Part shown: in pieces, positions 56,681 through 64,000 of the stretch
Numbering within the stretch: the first letter of the stretch is position 1
Layout: each line of letters opens with the position of its first letter
Assembly (NCBI RefSeq): GCF_006345805.1
Contig: NC_043007.1
Location: forward strand, 74,090,001-74,154,000
Reading direction: 5' to 3'
Source of the DNA: Octopus sinensis
Taxonomy: Eukaryota
DNA length: 64,000 bases
Translations under genes and position numbers: made by a program
Notes under the pieces: model-generated
Seen by the model: only the letters and a program-made list of their open reading frames with translations
Databases searched by the model: none
What the model was told of the DNA's origin: nothing

Positions 56681-56853
56681 CTATTAAATATCATGTTGTG
56701 CCGCTGAGGTCACCTTTGCCTTTCTTCCTTTCGGGGTTGATGAAATAAGTATCAATTGAATACTGAGATCGACGTAATCGACTTGCCCCCATCCCCCGAA
56801 ATTTCTGGCCTTGTGCCAAAATTTGAAACCAATATTATGTTTTTATTTTTAAA

Positions 56854-57255
56854 TCTCTCTATATATAAACGGCAGTTTGTCTGTCTGTGTGTCTGTGAGG
56901 TTGTACCCTCACCCTGACCACGGCTTTCAACCGATTCTGATGAAACTTGACACACACATAGCCCAATGTCATAATTCAAAAGTAACGCAGCGAAAATTTT
57001 GAAAAGTTCCTCCAGTTCTGAAAAAGAAAGCTTTTTATATGCAACACATTTTCTGTCTAGGGGACACAACTCGACCTTTTTATCGCCCAAAGGGACAGCT
57101 AGGAACATCGTATACACATAAGTATTCGAGTGAAGAGAAGACATTGCAACCTACACATGCGCCTTCGTTCCCCAGAGGGAAAGGACTAGATTGGGATTAG
57201 TCGTTGCCTACTAGGGGCTCTTACATACTCGGGCAACGCCGGGCTATGCTGCTAG
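56854..57255 (+). mobile_element. Non-autonomous Helitron-like element (second subfamily)
   Basis: A|TCTCTCTATATATAAA...ctcgggcaacgccggg hairpin...gCTAG|T. Confidence 0.85.
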
Positions 57256-57685
57256 TATATACTAAAAACCGGACAGAACTATCTATACAAGTTGATACAT
57301 AAAAGACGTGATGACTAACGAAAATTTTTGTGTATAAGTGAAACTGTAGTTATATTAAAAAACTAAGAAAGATATGTTATTCCAATTACATCCACGGAAA
57401 AAAAAATAAACAGACTCAATGGAAGAACATTTAAATTATATTCAGTAATGATGTATGATATGCTTTGTTAGAAATATAATTTGTATAATGTATAAATATG
57501 TATATTTTAGTACATGAAAACTGGGATGTATTTTATGCATGCACTCATATGAAATATATGCAGTGAACGTACATTGAATAAAATTTGTATCTAGTGGTGT
57601 ATGTATGATGCACAGTAGTAACGTTGCATGTAGGACGTGTCATAATGATACTTATGTGTGTGCGTGTTTATGTATGTTTGTGTGC

Positions 57686-57731
<46 letters not shown>

Positions 57732-58106
57732 TGCATTTTACATTGATTATTGATATAATATACTACTTTTGACAAATGAACTTTGATCATAATCAAACCC
57801 GGCAATATATGATGCGTTGTAACAAGTCTATATTAAATATATGGAATGTGTGTTATGTCCAACCATTTATCAAATGTCAGCTTCTTTATTTAAAGTGTCG
57901 TTTTTATGACACGAGTATTGTGCATACATACATACATACATACATACATACATACATACATACATACATACATACATACAATTGACGGGCTTTTTTAGGG
58001 TGTCCATCAACCGAGTGTTACTCGCAAAACATTGGTCAACTCGAAGCTAAAGTAGAAGACATTTGTCCAAGGTACCACACCATGGGATTGAACCCAAAAC
58101 AACGTT

Positions 58107-58543
58107 GGATCTTTTCGGTTTGAACGACAGTTTTTTCTAGTGGTGTCATATGAAATTGTCACCCATAGTTATGACCCTAGTATCGATCTATTGCATTTCA
58201 ATCTGTTTTAGGGTTGGGGTTAGTTAGGGTTAGGGTTAGGTTTAGGGTGGGGGAAGAATATATTTCTTCAGAAATGTAAATAAACATAATCTGTTTCTTA
58301 AACGAGGGACATATTCATACGGCACAGAATGTTTTTTTTTATCTCAATAGACATCAGTGAATGGTTGAAATTGCAGAAATTGAAGAAAAAACAACAACAA
58401 ATATCTTACAAACTATAGACTTTTCTCAATAAAGCCAAGAGAAAAAGATGTTTTATAAGCACATTCTACCAGTATACGAAGTTTAAAATTTTTTAGTTAC
58501 CTAGAAATTATGTTAAAAACTGCCGTTCAAACCGAAAAGATCC
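58107..58543. mobile_element. MITE with GGATC TIRs, 8-bp TSD and internal TTAGGG repeats (Merlin-like)
   Basis: ggatcttttcggtttgaacg ... cgttcaaaccgaaaagatcc; TSD acaacgtt/acgacgtt; right part homologous to 27832-28290. Confidence 0.85.
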
Positions 58544-59262
58544 ACGACGTTGCTATTAAACCATCCAGATATATTCGAAAATCTCGATGAGTGCAATAAT
58601 CACTCCGTACCATAAATGTTTCAGGTGTATACTTATAATTCTGTCATCTTCTGAACTTTTGGTAGGCGGAAGTTGAATTTTCGTAATGTTTTTCAGATTT
58701 CTTAAGGGGAAAGCGGTTAACTTAAGTATTTTAAGCGAAAAGGTGTATATCTTATATTTCGTTTAGTAGAGAGGCTTTTTGACAGCTGGTTATGGAAAAC
58801 CGTTTGAGAAGTGAATTTACTTATTGTTAGAGTGTGGCTAAATGTTACTTGAGACTGTTAATGTGACACGTGATATGGCTGTTGCTATAGCGTTACTGAT
58901 TTAGCTATTAGCAGTATCAATGACTCTATACTTTTCTAAACAGCTTGGTACGGCTTGTTTCTGGTTAATGTTGAATACAAATGTTGACTTATTTCCTGTT
59001 TCTGTTGGTTCACTTTCTTTATTATTTTCTTGGTTTACTTTCTTTGTTAGCTACTAGATGCTGATTTAGATCTCTATTGTATCGGCCGACTGTGTCTGCT
59101 GCGACTGTTTCTACTTTTTATCTGATTGGCAATTTTAGACGTGTTAAAATAGGTTCTATTTTTCAATGTTACATATATGGAAACTCATACAATTATTTTG
59201 TTGAATATGGAATCCCAAGCAATTATGTTGTTGGGTGGTATATGGCGGTGAGCTGGCAGAAA

Positions 59263-59813
59263 CATTAGCACGCCGGGCGAATTGCGTAGCCGTATTTCGT
59301 CTGCCGTTACGTTCTGAGTTCAAATTCCGCCGGGGTCGACTTTGCCTTTCATCGCTGCGGGGTCGATTAAATAAGTACCAGTTACACCTTGGGAAACCGT
59401 CTTCTACTATTGCCCCGAGTCGACCAATGCTTTGCGAATAAATTTAGTAGGCAGAAACTGAAAGGCGGCGAGCTCACAAAAACGTTAACATGCCGGGCGA
59501 AATGCTTAGCGGGATTTCGCCTGCCGCTACGTACCAGTTACGCACTGGAGGTCGATATAATCGACTTAATCCGTTTGTCTGTCCTTGTTTGTCCTCTCTG
59601 TATTTATCCCCTTGTGGGTAGTAAAGAAATAGGTATTTCGTTTGCCGTTACGTTCTGAGTTCAAATTCCGCCGAGGTCGACTTTGCCTTTCATCCTTTCG
59701 GGGTCGATAAATTAAGTACCAGTTACGCACTGGGGTCGATGTAATCGACTTAATCCGTTTGTCTGTCCTTGTTTGTCCCCTCTATGTTTAGCCCCTTGTG
59801 GGCAGTAAAGAAA
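59263..59813 (+). mobile_element. Family A nested/tandem cluster
   Basis: Heads at 59263 and 59463; junction gaaataggtatttc at about 59626. Confidence 0.85.
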
Positions 59814-60298
59814 TTATATATACTGCAATGTCTCTGTTAGTAATTGTGGTGTTGTTGAATTCTGTAAATTGTATTTATATTTCTTTCTAGAAGTGGTTTA
59901 ACGGGGATTTTTGAAATTTAAAAGCAATGTTTTTATCTTGTTCCCTGATATGTCTCTTGTGGTACATAGTCCTAACCAACTTCTACCATGCGTCATGTAT
60001 TTTCTTAAGGATATCTTATAACAAGGAATTAAGATTTCTTTTTTGTGTGATATTCTTATTCCAAATTCAAGTCAGTTGTTCTAATTCTATAGAAGCTGAG
60101 TGAGACATTCTGACCGGGTTCTTCCAGAATCTGCTTTAGTAGCACTTATAGTACTAAATTGTTTTATTACGGTTGAACTTAACGTTCATATGGAGCAGCA
60201 TATCAATACATTGAAATATCGATCTCTCTCTACTGTGTTAATCTATAGCAGCTAATGCAGTATTTTCCTCACAACTACGTAGGCTATGTCGTAATCAT

Positions 60299-61211
60299 TA
60301 CTCTTTACTCTTTTTCTCTTTCACTTGTATCAGTCATGTGACTGTGGCCATGCTGGAGCACCGCCTTTAGTCGAGCAAATCGACCCCAGGACTTATTCTT
60401 TGTAAGCTTAGTACTTATTTTATCGTCCTCTTTTGCAGAACCGCTAAGTTACGGGGACGTAAACACACCAGCATCGGTTGTCAAGCCATGTTGGGGGGAC
60501 ATACACAGATACACAAACACATACATATATACATATATACGACGGGCTTCTTTCAGTTTCCATCTACCAAATCCACTCACAAGGCTTTGGTCGGCCCAAG
60601 CCTACAGTAGAAGACAATTGCCCAAGGTGCCACGCAGTGGGACTGAACCCGGAATCATGTGGTTGGGAAGCAAGCTACTTACCACACAGCCACCCCTGCG
60701 CTTATAATTATTCTGTTTTCAGAGAATTATTCTCGCCTTTCATAGAATCTTGATAGACAGGCTTTTGTGATGACGGATTCCAGTGGTTTCTGGTTAATTT
60801 TGACTTATAAAACGTTTGTTTACATGTTGGTGCCGAACATTCATCTTCAATGTTTAGGTCCCTGTCCTCAGTTTCATTGAAGGTTTTGCTTGCTCAGGGT
60901 GAAGAAGGACATCATAAGAGCCATGCTACTGAAAATTGCTATCCTGGCGCCAAAATTTGAAACCAACATTTTGCTATTTATAACTCTTTACTCTTTTACT
61001 CTTTTACTTGTTTCAGTCATTTGGCTGTGGCCATGCTGGAGCACCGCCTTTAGTCGAGCAAATCGATCCCAGGACTTATTCTTTGTAAACCTAGTACTTA
61101 TTCTATCGGTCACTTTTGCCGAACCGCTAAGTTACGGGGACGTAAACACACCAGCGTCGGTTGTCAAGCGATGTTGGGGTGGGGACAAATACAGACACAC
61201 AAACACACACA

Positions 61212-61256
<45 letters not shown>

Positions 61257-61426
61257 TATATATACATATATACGACGGGCTTCTTTCAGTTTCCGTCTAC
61301 CAAATCCACTCACACGGCTTTGGTCGGTCCAAGCCTACAGTAGAAGACACTTGCCCAAGGTGCCACGCAGTGGGACTGAACCCGGAACCATGTGGTTGGT
61401 AAGCAAGCTACTTACCACACAGCCAC
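60299..61426 (-). mobile_element. Two young family C SINEs (60299-60700 and 60984-61426)
   Basis: Full-length matches to the 17325 copy. Confidence 0.88.
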
Positions 61427-62174
61427 ATGAAATAATTCAATTTTTTGACGCTAAGAATCTCTAATGATTAAAGCATATTAAACATGCATGTATAGGAACA
61501 TCAAATGAGAATGCAAAGAAAGAAAGAAAACCAGTTTAAAGCAGTCGAATATTGAATTACGAATTATTTATTATAACCAAGTATATTATCGCTCTGCTGC
61601 TGGCAATAGACTTTGCTCAGTTTTATTGCTCCTTTTTACAAGGACGTAAGTAAAAGTAGTTGTGAAAATGAAAGTGAAAGTTAGACATATTTTGTTTGGT
61701 GCAAGAAGCCATATTAACATATACGTTATTGATTTATTGGACAGCAAAAAAGCTGGGGGCTACAGCATCATAAAGATTTTCACTTTATTTCCTTTATATA
61801 TCCTATATGTGTTTATGTTTATATCTAATATCTTATAAATATCTTACATCTAATATCTTATAAAATATATTTCCAACGTGAGATTTTCCAAATTTGTGTA
61901 TCAAAAAAAAAAATTTCATTGCGCTGCTATTACCTTTGTATGTGTTTTATCGTTTATCTCGAGTTTGGATATTATTTGTTATATCTGTATAGCTAAAAAG
62001 TTAATTTTTCCTTCACGTGCTTCGGTCATTAGACTCCGGCTATGCTGGGGCAACACCTTGAATGGTTTAAGTGAACAAAACCCCAGTACTTAAACGTACT
62101 TATTCTCTTATTCCTTAATACCGAACTGCAAAGTAAACAACTCGGCACCGGTTGTTAAGTGCTGGTGGGAGGGA

Positions 62175-62281
<107 letters not shown>

Positions 62282-62535
62282 TTCTATACTGTTTCTATCT
62301 ACCATATTCACTCACCAAGGCATTGGTTGGTCCGTGGCGGTTGAAGAAGACATTTACCCAAGGTGTCGCGCAGTGAGACTGAACCCGGAACCACCTGGCT
62401 GTCAAGTGAGCTGCTTAACCACACAACCATACCTACAAAAGAAAAGGCAATGCAACAGACGAATTATTTCTTGGTTCAGCTGCAAATTCGAGGAAAACCT
62501 TAAAGCGAGATGTCTTCTTAAGATAAAATGAATTA

Positions 62536-63287
62536 TACGTAGTCTGGTCAATAAGTATCCGGACTGTTGCCATAGTAACGAAACTAAAGCACGCAGAGTA
62601 AAGCCGCTTAGCACTGATTGACATGAGACTCTGCTGTGCATGCGTACTAAGTTTAAACGTTCTAGTTTACTTCCGTTGTTTACAGCAGTGCTAGGAAGGA
62701 AGATGCGTAGCGTGTGATCGTCGTATTGACCATGATAGGGAAAGTTGTCATGGTGATACCTGCTCAGAGGCCTAGGCAAAGTTGTAGAAAGTATATGGAG
62801 AGGAATGTATGAGCAGCACACAAATGTACAAGGTTTTCAGACGTTTCCAAGATGGCCGAATGTCGATATTGACGAAAGTTCTGGAAGACCCGAAACCAGC
62901 GATGTCTTTCTCAGTTCTGCTGGTTTCGGGTCTCCCAGAACTTTCTTCAATATCGATATTTTTTCGGCCGTCTTGAAAACGTCTGAACCACTCGTACATT
63001 TGTGTGCGGCTCATACATTCCTCTCCATACACTTTCTGCAACTTTGCGTAGGCCTCTTAGCAGGTATCGCCATGACAACTTTCTCTGTCATGGTCAATGC
63101 GACGATCACACGCTACACATCTTCCTTCCAAGCACTGCTGTAAACAGCAGAAGTGAACTAGAACGTTTAAACTTAGTGCGAATGCACAGCAGAGTTCAAG
63201 GTCAATCTTTGCCAAGCGGCTTTACTCTGCGTGCTTTAGCTTCGTTACTATGGCAACAGTCCGCATACTTATTGATCAGACCTCGTA
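62536..63287. mobile_element. Mariner-derived palindromic element made of two 5' ends
   Basis: TA-cg..gtctg.tcaataagtat TIRs with TA at both ends; arms about 365 bp; minus arm encodes QKVYGEECMSRTQMYEWFRRFQDGR....EESSGRP (mariner HTH). Confidence 0.92.
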
Positions 63288-63523
63288 TAACTTAGATATT
63301 CTATTATTTACATCTTTAAAAGGAAATTATTCTTATAAAGACATTTAACAGAATGACTTAACAATATATACAAAGAAAGTTGCTTTAACGAACTCTTGTG
63401 ATACAGTATTATTTCTCTTTCAATTACAAAACATGAAATTCTTTGATGGATTTATAAACATATTCTTCTTAATCTCTTTCAGTTCATTAACAGACTGCCG
63501 AAGTCTACGCAAATTGGATAAAG

Positions 63524-63803
63524 ATGGCTTTGAATGACAGCGTAAAGACGATGTTATCTTCATTTGATTTATCCACTTCTCATCAAGTAAGACTGGAGGA
63601 TTCAGCCGTTAACCTTACAGCTCACCACTTAAACACAACAACTTCAACAACTACCAGTACTACATCTATTGCCACTTCGGCAATACTAGCATTAACTAAC
63701 TCCACACTTCTTCCACTGATATCAAGCACAGTTACTCATCTTCGTACATCGACATTATTTGAGAATATAACATCAGTACCAGCTTACCTCTGCAGCTCTC
63801 CCG
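63524..63803 (+). CDS. Probable first coding exon of a membrane glycoprotein (GPCR-like Ser/Thr-rich N-terminus); gene would continue beyond the window
   Basis: Acceptor ttcttcttaatctctttcAG at 63482; in-frame TAA at 63488; AAGATGG start context; 93 codons of non-repeat sequence; five N-x-S/T sequons; phase-1 donor CG|GTCAGT at 63804. Confidence 0.62.
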
Positions 63804-64000
63804 GTCAGTAAATCTCAAATTTATGTGCTTCAAATTTACCAACATAAAAACTACTTTATACATTCTATTTGATAAAATTTACCATTTAAAGTTATCAAAA
63901 TTTATCGCAACCATGTCTAAATCCATAAATTCTGAATGCACCTAGCTTAGAGGTTAGGATATTCAGCTCACGATCAAAAGGTCTTTTGTTCGATTCCCGG

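Noticed and set aside
58560-60290. Possible old retroelement coding relic (similar impressions at about 28900-29300 and 40400-40900)
   Set aside because: Composition is suggestive but no diagnostic motif could be read.

Overview
Repeat-dominated, AT-rich eukaryotic DNA, most likely from an octopod cephalopod genome (inferred from the SINE families and microsatellite load). It reads as one large intron or intergenic interval. Most ORFs in the track are microsatellite or SINE artefacts. Supported content: (1) three abundant tRNA-headed SINE groups, many with target-site duplications (TSDs); (2) relics of Penelope-like, RTE-like, mariner, Helitron and probably hAT elements; (3) two GGATC-ended MITEs with 8-bp TSDs; (4) several long fold-back structures, one carrying a minimal hammerhead ribozyme; (5) one credible coding exon near the right edge (63483-63803) encoding a Ser/Thr-rich, N-glycosylated N-terminus without a signal peptide (GPCR-like). 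The most unusual signals are position-invariant tandem multimers of one SINE, 2x2 head/tail shuffling between SINEs, a Penelope fold-back combining a tRNA-like module with a hammerhead, a templated insertion inside an inverted GATA array, and an isolated pre-miRNA-like hairpin. I see no convincing new protein-coding system. All calls were made by eye with no database searches, and boundaries of degraded elements are approximate.
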